A DNA stretch of 61,390 nt from Candidatus Daviesbacteria bacterium (GCA_016176335.1 JACOXI010000005.1:1-61390), one strand, 5' to 3'; counted from the stretch's first letter, positions 17,721 through 28,933 are shown. Made by a program: numbers and translations. Notes: generated by a model from the letters alone, not told the origin.

Positions 17721-18823
17721 GTTAAAATTTTGTCCAACTTTCCTTTCTCAATTGCCTCTTTAATCTCCATAGCAACTCTTTTTCCCATACTTATGTTTTG
17801 TCCATAAAGATAACCACTATATGGGGTAGCAAATATTCCAGGACTCCCTGGCATTCTTGGTGAAACATCAAAAACAATAAACTCCTTTTTGGAAGAACCT
17901 GTTGTAATAAAAGACTGTAAACTAAAGGGCCCTATAACTCCAGGTGGAAATAACTCTTGAGAGACTTTAACGAATTTTTCTCCTATATCCATAGCCGTCT
18001 CTATTAAAGACTCCAACATGGTAACTGCAATATGACCAGCTTCTTCATAACTAATATTTTCTCTAACTTGAGGTTGATACAAACCTGGAAGTTTTAGAAA
18101 TCCTTCTATATTTGTCTGTCGTCTTGTATCAGTACCAATAAGTTCTAGTCTTTTATGTACGGATGAATAGAAAAAATTAAGATTAACTTGTACTCCTAAA
18201 ATAAACTCCTCAATAACCGCTGATTTAAGTCCATCTCGAGTAATTTTTCTCTCTCCGATTAGACGCTCCGATTCAATGTTATATTGCCCCACTGAATTTA
18301 CTACAAAAAATGCCCTTTCATAACCTCGCTTTCTTTCTGGAACCTTAACCATTACAAGTCTATCTATATCTTGATAGCTGTTGAATTGCTTTGGGTATTT
18401 AATATCAGCTTTGGCTAGTAGATCATATTGATTGGTTTTTTCCGTGCGCTCCTCTGTGCGAAGTAAAAATCTGTTTCCAAATATTGGCACCTTAAATTTT
18501 TTCTCAATAGCATTGTAATCATTTAAGTAAACTTCAAAAGACCTGTGAGGGATGAAAATGCAATTTTTAGAAAGTAACTCTTTTTGAATTTTTTCACTTA
18601 AAATATCTGAAAATTTATCCAGTTCTATTACTTCATCAACGCAACCCAGTTCCCCGTAAGTTTTGTAATATTTTGCATAAGTTTTATCCCTACCTTTTTG
18701 TACAACAACCAAAGTTTTAAATCCTAAATCCTTTGCACCCCTACATACATCCAAAGCACTATGACTCCCCAATACTGCGATTGTATATTTTTGATTTTTG
18801 ATTTGTATTTTTGATTTTTGCAT
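17717..18823 (-). CDS. purP: Archaeal-type formate-dependent FAICAR synthetase-like ATP-grasp protein
   Basis: LGSHSALDV, IPHRSF, PGVIGPFSLQ, SPRMPG, MGKRVAMEIK; the N-terminus is encoded by a heptamer repeat. Confidence 0.85.
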   Translation of the reverse strand: MQKSKIQIKNQKYTIAVLGSHSALDVCRGAKDLGFKTLVVVQKGRDKTYAKYYKTYGELGCVDEVIELDKFSDILSEKIQKELLSKNCIFIPHRSFEVYLNDYNAIEKKFKVPIFGNRFLLRTEERTEKTNQYDLLAKADIKYPKQFNSYQDIDRLVMVKVPERKRGYERAFFVVNSVGQYNIESERLIGERKITRDGLKSAVIEEFILGVQVNLNFFYSSVHKRLELIGTDTRRQTNIEGFLKLPGLYQPQVRENISYEEAGHIAVTMLESLIETAMDIGEKFVKVSQELFPPGVIGPFSLQSFITTGSSKKEFIVFDVSPRMPGSPGIFATPYSGYLYGQNISMGKRVAMEIKEAIEKGKLDKILT

Positions 18824-18836
18824 TTTGATTTTTGAT
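18788..18836. repeat. Heptamer tandem (TTTTGAT-like, about 7 units) at the purP-purP junction
   Basis: Encodes MQKSKIQIKNQK on the minus strand. Confidence 0.8.
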
Positions 18837-19904
18837 TTAATCTAAAACCTCTCTTAATTTATTTTGTTTGAGAGCATTCTTAATTTCTCTAGCGATACGG
18901 CGTCCTGTTGACATTGGTTCATCATAAAGAAGATATGTATAAGGAGAACCGTTTATAAAACAATTCGTCCCCGCCACAATCCTAGCAGAGATTTCAATAA
19001 TATAAATTTCTTCAGTTGAGGTAATAATTGTTTCTAAACAAAATGGTCCAAACAAACCTTTTTTTGGCATTAATCTTTGCGAAGTTTCAATAACTCTTTC
19101 AGCCATCTCTAATGCTGGAGCCATCATTGATTCTCTAACTGCCATGGGGATATTAGCAACTACTTCAAAAGATGGTTCTATATCGTATCCTTTTTGATAT
19201 TTTGCAGGAATTCTACCTAATGAATCAACATTGGTTTCATATCTTTTATCAACACTCATAATTTCTACTTTGTGAGTTAGTGGTGAGTAGAAAAAATGAA
19301 AATAAACTGGCACACCAATAACATACTCTTGGACAATAAACTTTTCCTCACTAAAGGTTTTTAATTTCTCATCTAACTCTTTTTGGTTCCTGGCCACAAA
19401 ATACCCTTTTCCTCCTGCAGCCCCATAAGATTTCACAATCACAGGCCTATCAGTTTTGTCTCCTTTCTTAAACCTATGTGGCACTTTAATTCTAGACTCC
19501 TCCATCCAACTTCTTTGCATTTTTCTATTCTCTTCCCAATCTAAAACTAATTTATTTCCAAAGTAAGGCACTTTCATACTCTTATTTGCTTCCATACCCA
19601 AGTATGCCACAAATGACCCATGAGGAATGATAATCGAATTTCTCTTTATTAAATTGCTTTCCAACTTTGGAAAGTCAGACCATTTATCGATTAGCAAAAT
19701 ATCATCAATAAAATTATTGTAAGAAGAATAAAGTGTCTTGCGGTCCGGAGTACAGACAACTGCAGTTTTAAAACCCTCGTCTTTAGCTCCTTTGAGGATT
19801 TGTAAGGCCGAGTGAGAACCTAAAGTGACAATTGTGTATTTTATAAGCGAAGCTTGAAAACTTCGTTTGAAAGTTGAGCTTTCAAACTTGTTTATAATTC
19901 CCAT
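18837..19904 (-). CDS. purP: Second PurP paralogue
   Basis: LGSHSALQILKGAKDEGF, IPHGSFVAY, GPFCLE, EISARIVAGTN, MSTGRRIAREIK. Confidence 0.9.
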   Translation of the reverse strand: MGIINKFESSTFKRSFQASLIKYTIVTLGSHSALQILKGAKDEGFKTAVVCTPDRKTLYSSYNNFIDDILLIDKWSDFPKLESNLIKRNSIIIPHGSFVAYLGMEANKSMKVPYFGNKLVLDWEENRKMQRSWMEESRIKVPHRFKKGDKTDRPVIVKSYGAAGGKGYFVARNQKELDEKLKTFSEEKFIVQEYVIGVPVYFHFFYSPLTHKVEIMSVDKRYETNVDSLGRIPAKYQKGYDIEPSFEVVANIPMAVRESMMAPALEMAERVIETSQRLMPKKGLFGPFCLETIITSTEEIYIIEISARIVAGTNCFINGSPYTYLLYDEPMSTGRRIAREIKNALKQNKLREVLD

Positions 19905-19906
19905 AG

Positions 19907-21262
<1,356 letters not shown>

Positions 21263-21292
21263 TTTATTTAAATTTTTGATAATATAAATTAT

Positions 21293-21463
21293 ATGACAAA
21301 AGTTGATTTTGCGAATAGTGATTCTACCCCGAAGTGCCCTTATTGCGAAAAAGAAATAACAACTATTGAGAGGGTTCAAAAAAATACTGGTTTGGTAATA
21401 ATAAACTATATCTTTTTATGTCCTAATTGCAAAAAAATACTCAGTATATCTTCCTCGCATTGA
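21293..21463 (+). CDS. 56-aa zinc-ribbon protein (below ORF-track cutoff)
   Basis: MTKVDFANSDSTPKCPYCEKE...FLCPNCKKILSISSSH; two CPxC motifs. Confidence 0.75.
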   Translation: MTKVDFANSDSTPKCPYCEKEITTIERVQKNTGLVIINYIFLCPNCKKILSISSSH

Positions 21464-21472
21464 TTGAAAACA

Positions 21473-23020
21473 TCATTCCCATTCCATGGTGGCAGGAGGT
21501 TTGTTGGTGATATCATAAACCACTCTGTTTACTTCTTTTACTTCATTAACAATTCTGGTTGAAATTTTATCCAAAAGTTCATATGGCAGTCTGGCAAAAT
21601 TGGCAGACATGGTGTCTTTGGCCTCAATTGCTCTTATGGCCAAAGTTTGCCCATAAGCTCTGTTATCTCCCCTAACTCCTGTTGTTTTAATTCCTGTTAA
21701 AACTGCAAATGCTTGCCAAAGTTTAATATCTTTTAATTCATCGGTAACAATCGCATCTGCTTTTCTTAAGATATCCAGTTTTTCTTCTGTTACTTCTCCA
21801 ATAATTCTTACTGCCAACCCTGGACCTGGAAAAGGCTGTCTTTGAGTGATACTTTCAGGAAGTCCCAAAATTTTTCCAATTTGCCTTACTTGATCTTTAT
21901 AAAGTTGTCTCAATGGTTCTATTAATTTTAGTTTCATATCTAGCGGAAGTCCACCAACATTATGATGGGATTTAATTGTTTTTGAATGTTTGGATCCTGC
22001 AGATTCTATCACATCAGGATAAATTGTTCCCTGAACCAAAAATTTAGCATGTATTTTTTGGGCTTCTTTTTCAAAAACTTCAATAAAAACTTTTCCGATT
22101 ATCCTTCGTTTCTGCTCAGGATCTACGACTTTTCTTAAATTCTTTAGAAATAAATCCTTGGCATCAACTATTTGAACATTCATTTTGTAATGATCTTTAA
22201 AAACTTTTTTCAAATTTTCTGTTTCCCCTTCTCTCATTAACCCGGATTCCACATAAATAGAGGTCAGATTTTTCCCAATTGCTTTGTGTACTAACAGTGC
22301 TGCAACAGATGAATCCACTCCACCAGACAAAGCACAGATTACTTTTCCATTTTGGACAGATTCTTTGATATCTTGAATAATATTCTCCACAGAATCTTGA
22401 TCTATCCCTGATCTTTTTGGAGTTAGTCCACAAATTTTTAGAAAGTTTTCCAAAATCTGCATGCCAAATTGGGTATGCACCACTTCCGGGTGAAATTGAA
22501 TTCCATAAATTCGCATTTTTTCATTTTCTATTACTGCATGAGGAATTGTTTCTGTAGTGGCAACAGTTTCAAATCCCGGTGGAACTTTCACCACTTCATC
22601 TCCATGACTCATCCAGATAGTTGATTCTGATGGAATATTTTTTAACAACTGTCCACTGTTGCCTGTTGCCTGTTGCCTTAACACCGCTCGTCCATATTCT
22701 TTCTTAAATCCAGGCTTCACCTCACCCCCTAATAGATGACACATCAATTGCTGCCCATAACAAATTCCCAAAATGGGAATTCCTAACTCAAAAATCTTTT
22801 TTTCCAAAGTCGGTGCACCTTTTTCATAAACAGAAGCAGGACCGCCAGAAAATATTATTCCATCCACCCCACCGTCATCCTGAACTTGCCCGCCCTGAGC
22901 GAGGTCGAAGGGTTTCAGGATCCCCTCTGGTTCAACTACCTTAACTTCCACTCCCAGCTCTCTAATTCTTCTGGAGATTAAGTGCGCTGTCTGTGATCCA
23001 AAATCAACTAAAATAATCAT
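21473..23020 (-). CDS. guaA: GMP synthase (glutamine-hydrolysing)
   Basis: DFGSQT, GICYGQQ, QFHPEV, SGGVDSS, HHNVGG, KPPATMEWE; two in-frame repeat inserts. Confidence 0.98.
   Translation of the reverse strand: MIILVDFGSQTAHLISRRIRELGVEVKVVEPEGILKPFDLAQGGQVQDDGGVDGIIFSGGPASVYEKGAPTLEKKIFELGIPILGICYGQQLMCHLLGGEVKPGFKKEYGRAVLRQQATGNSGQLLKNIPSESTIWMSHGDEVVKVPPGFETVATTETIPHAVIENEKMRIYGIQFHPEVVHTQFGMQILENFLKICGLTPKRSGIDQDSVENIIQDIKESVQNGKVICALSGGVDSSVAALLVHKAIGKNLTSIYVESGLMREGETENLKKVFKDHYKMNVQIVDAKDLFLKNLRKVVDPEQKRRIIGKVFIEVFEKEAQKIHAKFLVQGTIYPDVIESAGSKHSKTIKSHHNVGGLPLDMKLKLIEPLRQLYKDQVRQIGKILGLPESITQRQPFPGPGLAVRIIGEVTEEKLDILRKADAIVTDELKDIKLWQAFAVLTGIKTTGVRGDNRAYGQTLAIRAIEAKDTMSANFARLPYELLDKISTRIVNEVKEVNRVVYDITNKPPATMEWE
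22649..22676. repeat. In-frame heptamer tandem in guaA
   Basis: CTGTCCA (CTGTTGC)x3, encoding RQQATGNSGQ. Confidence 0.85.
22874..22923. repeat. Nested REP-like palindromes in frame in guaA
   Basis: Outer GTCATCCTGAACTTG...TTTCAGGATCC; inner 24-nt CCCGCCCTGAGCGAGGTCGAAGGG at 22889-22912. Confidence 0.85.
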
Positions 23021-23796
23021 TTGTTCTCCTTAACATAATTTATCATATCTTCAAAGATAAAAACTCCATGGGGTTTACTTATTTTCTCACGGCGCCAGTT
23101 AGGATATTGAGTACTATCAATAAACTTTTCAGGATGCGGCATCAGCCCCAAAATCCTTCCAGAAGGATCTGTAACTCCAGCAATTGCATTTAAAGATCCG
23201 TTTGGATTTTGGGGGTATTGTTGTGTAGAATTTCCATTTTCATCAACATATCTAAACACCACCAGATCCTCATCTTCAACTTTTTTAATAACTTGGGGTG
23301 TTGAGAAAAATTTTCCTTCTCCATGATTAACAGCAAAATATCCGATATCATATTTGCCTTTCAAAAATATACATTTGTTTTTTTCTGCTTTTAGTTTGAT
23401 CCATCTACATTCAAAGTGTCCGCTACTATTTGGGGCAAGTGTTGCTGACATTTTTCCCATCTCACCAAATGGCAACAAACCTGTCCTAATAAGAACCTGG
23501 AATCCATTGCAAATACCAACTATTATTCCCCCTCTTTGTTTAAATTTTTCAATTTCATTTCTTAAAAAGCTTATTAATTCTATGGCCCAAATTTTTCCGG
23601 AAGCAACATCATCTCCATAAGAAAATCCTCCGGGTAGTGCCAGGATATGAAAATCTTTTAAGCTTTTAGTTTTGCTTCTTAATTGGTTAACATGTACAAA
23701 CTGTGGATTTCCTCCAAACTTTTTAAATGCATAAAAAAGTTCATTATCACAATTAGTTCCATCAGATTGTAATATACAAACATTGACCTTTTTCAT
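23017..23796 (-). CDS. purQ: FGAM synthase glutaminase subunit
   Basis: GTNCD, PGGFSYGDD, GICNGFQ, GLMPHPE; start moved to MKKVNV. Confidence 0.96.
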   Translation of the reverse strand: MKKVNVCILQSDGTNCDNELFYAFKKFGGNPQFVHVNQLRSKTKSLKDFHILALPGGFSYGDDVASGKIWAIELISFLRNEIEKFKQRGGIIVGICNGFQVLIRTGLLPFGEMGKMSATLAPNSSGHFECRWIKLKAEKNKCIFLKGKYDIGYFAVNHGEGKFFSTPQVIKKVEDEDLVVFRYVDENGNSTQQYPQNPNGSLNAIAGVTDPSGRILGLMPHPEKFIDSTQYPNWRREKISKPHGVFIFEDMINYVKENK

Positions 23797-26579
23797 GGAA
23801 ATATCTCCTTCATAGGTTTCGTCCATGCTTTTTGTAATCTATCAATATCAGCAGAAAACAATTTATCAACAACCAGTTTTTCTTCCTTGATAGTCTTTCC
23901 TAAAATCTTAAACTGTACTCCATTAAATAATTTTTTAGCTATTGTTTCATTTTCTACCTCAACAATAAAACATCCTGCTGTTTCTAACAGTAACTCTTCA
24001 GCATTTGCTTTTATATTGACTCCATTGTTTCCCCCAACACACATATCAAAAATGGCAGTTATTAATCCCCCCTCTGAAACGTCATGAGATGCTAGAACTT
24101 TTCCACTGATAATTGCCTTGTGCATTTTTTCCAAAACCTTAGGTAAAACCTTTAAATAAACTTTTAAATCTTGCTTGCCAACCAAAACAATGGTCGATCC
24201 TACCTTTTTAAAATCAGAAGAAACAGTTTTTTTAACATCTGGAATTTTGCCAAAAACCGAGATACAAACTGTTGGCGGACTATGAATTATGACCCCACTG
24301 GATCCTCTGTATGTAGCGGATAAACTATCTTTTCCTGAAATCACCGGAATCTTTAAAGTCTTCATAAAATCACAAACTGCCGTCACAGATGCATCTAACT
24401 TTCCTAACCATTCCTCAGAAGGATTCGGCCAAATGTAATTGTTAATAAGCGAGGCATTTTTAAAGTCTCCTCCAACTGCAACATAGTTTGAAATGGCTTC
24501 TGTAGCAGACCAGATAGTTCCCCAATAAGGGTCTTCTTTTGTTAATTTAGGGTTCAGGCCATGAGATACGACTAAACCATATGGTTTTTCCAGAATTGGT
24601 TTGATAATTGCTGCATCTTGTGGCCCATCTAAACCAACTCCTGCAAAAGGAGGAAGAACATTTGTTCCCTGTACTGTATGGTCATACATTCTTAAAATGG
24701 GCTCTTTAGAATTGCTGTCACCACCTGATAACGTTTCTTCTAAGAATTTTATCCATTCTTTTTCTGTTGATGGAGTTTTAATTTGTTGGTTTTGTCGTAG
24801 ACCTTGAGCGACCGAAGGGAGTCGAAAGGCCTTCATTACTCTTTGTGGTAATCCACTATGCAAAAATTTCATCTCTAAGTCACCGACTTTCTCTCGACCA
24901 AAGTAAACTTTCAATCTTTTGCTCCCATCATATTCTGCTAATTCTTTAGCCTCTACATTATATTTTTTACAAATTTCTAAAAATTTTCTTAGATTCTTTT
25001 TAGTAAGAATTATTAACATTCTCTCTTGAGATTCAGAAAGGAAAATTTCCCAAGGAGCCAAACCTTGATACTTAAGCGGCGCTTTTTCCAGATGAACTTT
25101 CACCCCAATTTCCGCTCCTGTTTCCCCGATGGCAGAAGAAAACCCTCCGGCTCCTAAATCCTGCACTACCCTTATTAAATCTTTATCTCTGGCCTCAAGT
25201 ATGACATCAAAAATTCTTTTTTCCTCAATGGCATTTCCTATTTGTACAGCTTGAGCGTTTACAGAAATGGTTCTTTCTGTCATTTCACCAGATGAAAAGG
25301 TGGCGCCATGTATCCCATCTCTTCCTGTCCTTCCACCAATCACCAAAGCAACATCTCCTACTCTGGGTTTTCCCTTTTTAGCTTTTGCTTTTGGTAAAAT
25401 TCCATATGCCCCAACTAAAACAATTGGTTTTGCTCTAAAGTCTTCATGAAAATGAAAGGAGCCATTATTTGTGGGGATTCCTACTCTATTGCCATAATCC
25501 CGGACAGCGTAAACTACGCGTTTTAACATATAGTCTGGTGGCAAGGTTCCAGGAGGTAATTTACTTTTATCCATATCAGGTGGGGCAAGACAAAATATAT
25601 CTGTTGATACTAAAGCTTTTGCTCCTTGTCCTGTGGCCACCACATCTCGAAACACTCCACCAGACCCTGTCATGGCTCCTCCGTATGGTTCTATTGCTGA
25701 TGGGGCATTGTGAGTTTCCGCTTTACCGTTTATTGCCCATCCTTCATAAAAATCCATAACTCCGGCATTATCAATAAATGCTGAAACAATATTTTTGTTA
25801 TATTTCAATGCTTCTTTTTTTAATCTTGTAAATAGTGGTTCTTTTTCCTTACCATCTAAAATTATTTTTGCTTTAAAAGTTTTATGGGCACAATGCTCGC
25901 TCCAAGTTTGGGCTAAAGTCTCAAGTTCCAAATCTGTTGGATCTCTTTTAATCTTTTGAAAGTAATTTTGAATAGTTTTCATTTCCTCTAAATTCAGGAA
26001 AAGCTGATCTTGAGAAAGTTCCAAAAGATCGCTATCAGTCATCCGGCGTAGCCGGATCACATTTGTTTTTCCTGGGGTACCTTTTATGAGAAGAGTTTTT
26101 GGTTCTTCTGTTACGAAATGTTCAACCATTTCATTAAGAAGATGAAGTTTCTTGGCAATTTCCTCAATTTCCACCCTGAGCGAACTTGTGGAGAGCGTAG
26201 TCGAACCAGTCGAAGGGCCATAAAAGCCATACTCATGTGATGAATCAGCTGCAATCAGTTTAATTCCTAAATCCTCTGCAGTTTTTAGGATTGAGCCGAC
26301 TTCGGGATTCATGACACCAGGTTTGTAAGCTATCTCAAAAACTAGCTGACTACCCAGAATAGGCGCATTTAAGGTATATTTTTGGTAAATACTTTCACAA
26401 AAAACTTTCTCTGCTAAAACTTTGGCGTCTTTTTCGCTTATCCCCTCAAGTCTATAAACTTTTGCACTTTCAACCTGTGTTACACCTTTTTGCCCAAGAG
26501 TATGATGAATATCATGAAGTATCCCCTCCCCAACTAGATCTCTACCTATAATTGTTTTAACTCTTATTGTATGTATCAT
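23793..26579 (-). CDS. purL: FGAM synthase subunit PurL with a PurS-like N-terminal extension
   Basis: QTWSEHCAHK, ETHNAPSAIEPYGGA, QDLGAGG, SESQERM, SGKDSLS, HDVSEGG. Confidence 0.96.
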   Translation of the reverse strand: MIHTIRVKTIIGRDLVGEGILHDIHHTLGQKGVTQVESAKVYRLEGISEKDAKVLAEKVFCESIYQKYTLNAPILGSQLVFEIAYKPGVMNPEVGSILKTAEDLGIKLIAADSSHEYGFYGPSTGSTTLSTSSLRVEIEEIAKKLHLLNEMVEHFVTEEPKTLLIKGTPGKTNVIRLRRMTDSDLLELSQDQLFLNLEEMKTIQNYFQKIKRDPTDLELETLAQTWSEHCAHKTFKAKIILDGKEKEPLFTRLKKEALKYNKNIVSAFIDNAGVMDFYEGWAINGKAETHNAPSAIEPYGGAMTGSGGVFRDVVATGQGAKALVSTDIFCLAPPDMDKSKLPPGTLPPDYMLKRVVYAVRDYGNRVGIPTNNGSFHFHEDFRAKPIVLVGAYGILPKAKAKKGKPRVGDVALVIGGRTGRDGIHGATFSSGEMTERTISVNAQAVQIGNAIEEKRIFDVILEARDKDLIRVVQDLGAGGFSSAIGETGAEIGVKVHLEKAPLKYQGLAPWEIFLSESQERMLIILTKKNLRKFLEICKKYNVEAKELAEYDGSKRLKVYFGREKVGDLEMKFLHSGLPQRVMKAFRLPSVAQGLRQNQQIKTPSTEKEWIKFLEETLSGGDSNSKEPILRMYDHTVQGTNVLPPFAGVGLDGPQDAAIIKPILEKPYGLVVSHGLNPKLTKEDPYWGTIWSATEAISNYVAVGGDFKNASLINNYIWPNPSEEWLGKLDASVTAVCDFMKTLKIPVISGKDSLSATYRGSSGVIIHSPPTVCISVFGKIPDVKKTVSSDFKKVGSTIVLVGKQDLKVYLKVLPKVLEKMHKAIISGKVLASHDVSEGGLITAIFDMCVGGNNGVNIKANAEELLLETAGCFIVEVENETIAKKLFNGVQFKILGKTIKEEKLVVDKLFSADIDRLQKAWTKPMKEIFP
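24802..24829. repeat. REP-like palindrome in frame in purL
   Basis: CCTTGAGCGACCGAAGGGAGTCGAAAGG, encoding FRLPSVAQG. Confidence 0.8.
26174..26217. repeat. Mosaic REP-like palindrome in frame in purL
   Basis: CCCTGAGC...GAGCGTAGTCGAACC-AGTCGAAGGG, encoding PSTGSTTLSTSSLRV. Confidence 0.8.
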
Positions 26580-26621
26580 ATTCTTAATTCATAATTCTAA
26601 ATTCTTAATTCTTAATTCTAT
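26580..26621. repeat. Heptamer tandem (ATTCTWA-like, 6 units) between purD and purL
   Basis: ATTCTTA ATTCATA ATTCTAA ATTCTTA ATTCTTA ATTCTAT; overlaps the purD stop. Confidence 0.85.
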
Positions 26622-28509
26622 TTATGTCCCTCCATCCGATATCTGTTCTGTAGTGCAGATTATTACCCTCAATACTAATTTTCGCCATTGCTTTGTATGC
26701 TTTTTCTTTTGCCTCAATTACATTCTTCCCCTCTGCGACCAGATGAAAAATACGTCCTCCGTTGACAAAAAACTTATTTCCCTCTCTTTTAATTCCTGCA
26801 CCAAATATGGTGATACCTGGCATCTTTCTAGCATCAATTAAACCGAAAATCTCTTTTCCTTTTACAGATGAATAATCACCCGGATAACCTTTCGAACATC
26901 CCGCTACGGAAAGTCTTACCTTTTTATCAAACACTACCTTAGTATTTTTAATTTTTTGCAATCGAACGGCCTGTACCAGATCTAAATAATCGGTCTGAAT
27001 ACTGGGCAAAATCACTTCCGCCTCCGGATCACCCCACCTGGAGTTAAACTCAATTATTTTTACACCGTCCTTTGTTAACATTCCACCCAGATATAGAATA
27101 CCTTTATATGGTCTTTCCTCTTTTTTCATCCCCTTGAGCAGTGGTTTAAAGATTTTTATCCCAATTATTCGAATCATCGAGGCAGTGACACAACCAGTAG
27201 GAGCAACACTCCCCATCCCTCCTGTGTTTGGTCCCAGGTCCCCATCATAAATGGTTTTGTGATCTTGCGCAGATTTAGCCACAACAAAATCTTCCCCATC
27301 GCTGATGGCAAAAAGTGAAAATTCTTCTCCAATTAAAGCTTGTTCAATCAAAAAAGTTTCACCGGATTTTCCAAATTGCGACATTGACTTAATTGCTTCT
27401 ATCGCTTGTTTTTTGTTCTCTGCTCTTATGGCACCCTTGCCTCCTACCAAGCCGGCTGCTTTGACATACAGGAGCTGTTCAGGAAGAGATTTAACATAGC
27501 TAGTAGCCTCCTTTTTATTAGAAAATGATCTAAATTTTGGGATGGGAAGTCCATATTTGGCCATAAAATTTCTTGCCCACTCTTTATCCCATTCCAGTTG
27601 TGAAGCCTTTTTTGTTGGGCCAAAGGCAGCTATCCCCAATTTCTCTAATCTATCAACATACCCTGCTGCAATAACATCGTCTTGTGCAACATCAACAACA
27701 TCTATTTTCTCTTTTTGACAAACTTTCACAATTCCCTCAAAATCCATCATGGTAACACTCGGATAGTTTTTAATTTTCTTGTTGTGATAATCTGTCAAAC
27801 CATTACCTGGAGTCATGATCACTTTTTTCACTTTTTTACTTTTTGCATAAGTAGCAGCTAAAGCATGTTCGCGTCCGTTTGATCCAATTACCAAAATGTT
27901 CATTTTTCCCTCTTGACAAAGTTTTGCTAAAATATCCACATATAATCTGTTTTCTTTCTTCTTTAACCTCGTGTATAAGGAATCTATACTGTCTCCCTTT
28001 TGAACTTTTTCAAAACACCTACCTAACACAAGTCCAAAATCAAAATCTTTTGATAAAAAATGAATTGTTGAACCCGCATATGTGGCGCCGTTATCAAGAA
28101 AATTCTGTACCGCTTGATCAGTCAATTTTCCTCGATTCCATAAGCCCCAACTTCCATCAGGATTTAAAACTTTTCCATCCATACTGTCAGGAATCAGTCC
28201 CGGGTGAAGATTAACAATTCTATTGGGGAATGACTCTATCACCTCATCTAAAATAATCTGTTTCCAACCAGCAAGGCATATAAAATCTGGATTGAGTTTT
28301 TTCAAAAGAGATAAGAGATTCTGCTTTTTGGGGCAGATTTTAATGGGGAGTTGGTGTTTTCTTGCCCGTTCTAGACCAATCGCATCAGAGGTGTCAGATA
28401 TTACTGCCACAATCTTTGCATTAATTTTCCCAAAATTTACCCCGTCAATAATTGCTTGTAAATTTGTACCTGTTCCAGTGTTGGAAATTAATAATGCAAT
28501 CAGTTTCAT
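26605..28509 (-). CDS. purD: Fused GAR transformylase (PurN) - GAR synthetase (PurD)
   Basis: N-terminal ISNTGTGTNLQA, CLAGWKQI, NLHPG; C-terminal MNILVIGSNGREHA, VKAAGLVGGKG, EFNSRWGDPE, YRTDIG. Confidence 0.92.
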   Translation of the reverse strand: MKLIALLISNTGTGTNLQAIIDGVNFGKINAKIVAVISDTSDAIGLERARKHQLPIKICPKKQNLLSLLKKLNPDFICLAGWKQIILDEVIESFPNRIVNLHPGLIPDSMDGKVLNPDGSWGLWNRGKLTDQAVQNFLDNGATYAGSTIHFLSKDFDFGLVLGRCFEKVQKGDSIDSLYTRLKKKENRLYVDILAKLCQEGKMNILVIGSNGREHALAATYAKSKKVKKVIMTPGNGLTDYHNKKIKNYPSVTMMDFEGIVKVCQKEKIDVVDVAQDDVIAAGYVDRLEKLGIAAFGPTKKASQLEWDKEWARNFMAKYGLPIPKFRSFSNKKEATSYVKSLPEQLLYVKAAGLVGGKGAIRAENKKQAIEAIKSMSQFGKSGETFLIEQALIGEEFSLFAISDGEDFVVAKSAQDHKTIYDGDLGPNTGGMGSVAPTGCVTASMIRIIGIKIFKPLLKGMKKEERPYKGILYLGGMLTKDGVKIIEFNSRWGDPEAEVILPSIQTDYLDLVQAVRLQKIKNTKVVFDKKVRLSVAGCSKGYPGDYSSVKGKEIFGLIDARKMPGITIFGAGIKREGNKFFVNGGRIFHLVAEGKNVIEAKEKAYKAMAKISIEGNNLHYRTDIGWRDINRIKN

Positions 28510-28573
28510 AGCCCAATATAACCTAATTGAGGCTATAAGTCAAGTTTTTTTTAAAAAATGCTATACTTAATTT

Positions 28574-28933
28574 ATGTCTGAAAAAAAATTTAGTGTTCTT
28601 TCTTTTAAATACGCATTAGAGGGTATTGTTACCGCATTAAAAGAAGAGCCTAATCTTAAAATTCATTTTTTCATTTCCGTATTAACGTTAACTCTTTCCT
28701 ATTTCTTACAAATTTCCAGACAAGATTGGATTAATATAATTTTGGTAATAGGCTTTGTGTTTGCCGTAGAATTTACTAATACCGCAATTGAAGCAACTGT
28801 TGATGCATTTACCGAAAGCAAACATCCCGGTGCCAAACTTGCAAAAGATATATCTGCCGGGGCAGTGTTGGTTGCAGCGGTAACCGCGATCGCTTTGGGG
28901 CTGTTAATTTTTTTCCCCTATTTAACCAAATAA
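28574..28933 (+). CDS. dgkA: DgkA-family diacylglycerol/undecaprenol kinase
   Basis: SFKYALEGI, EPNLKIH, EFTNTAIE, AKDISAGAVL. Confidence 0.93.
   Translation: MSEKKFSVLSFKYALEGIVTALKEEPNLKIHFFISVLTLTLSYFLQISRQDWINIILVIGFVFAVEFTNTAIEATVDAFTESKHPGAKLAKDISAGAVLVAAVTAIALGLLIFFPYLTK

Noticed and set aside
26196-26212. GGTTCGA on the minus strand, resembling a tRNA T-loop
   Set aside because: It is part of an in-frame palindrome in purL; no cloverleaf can be drawn.
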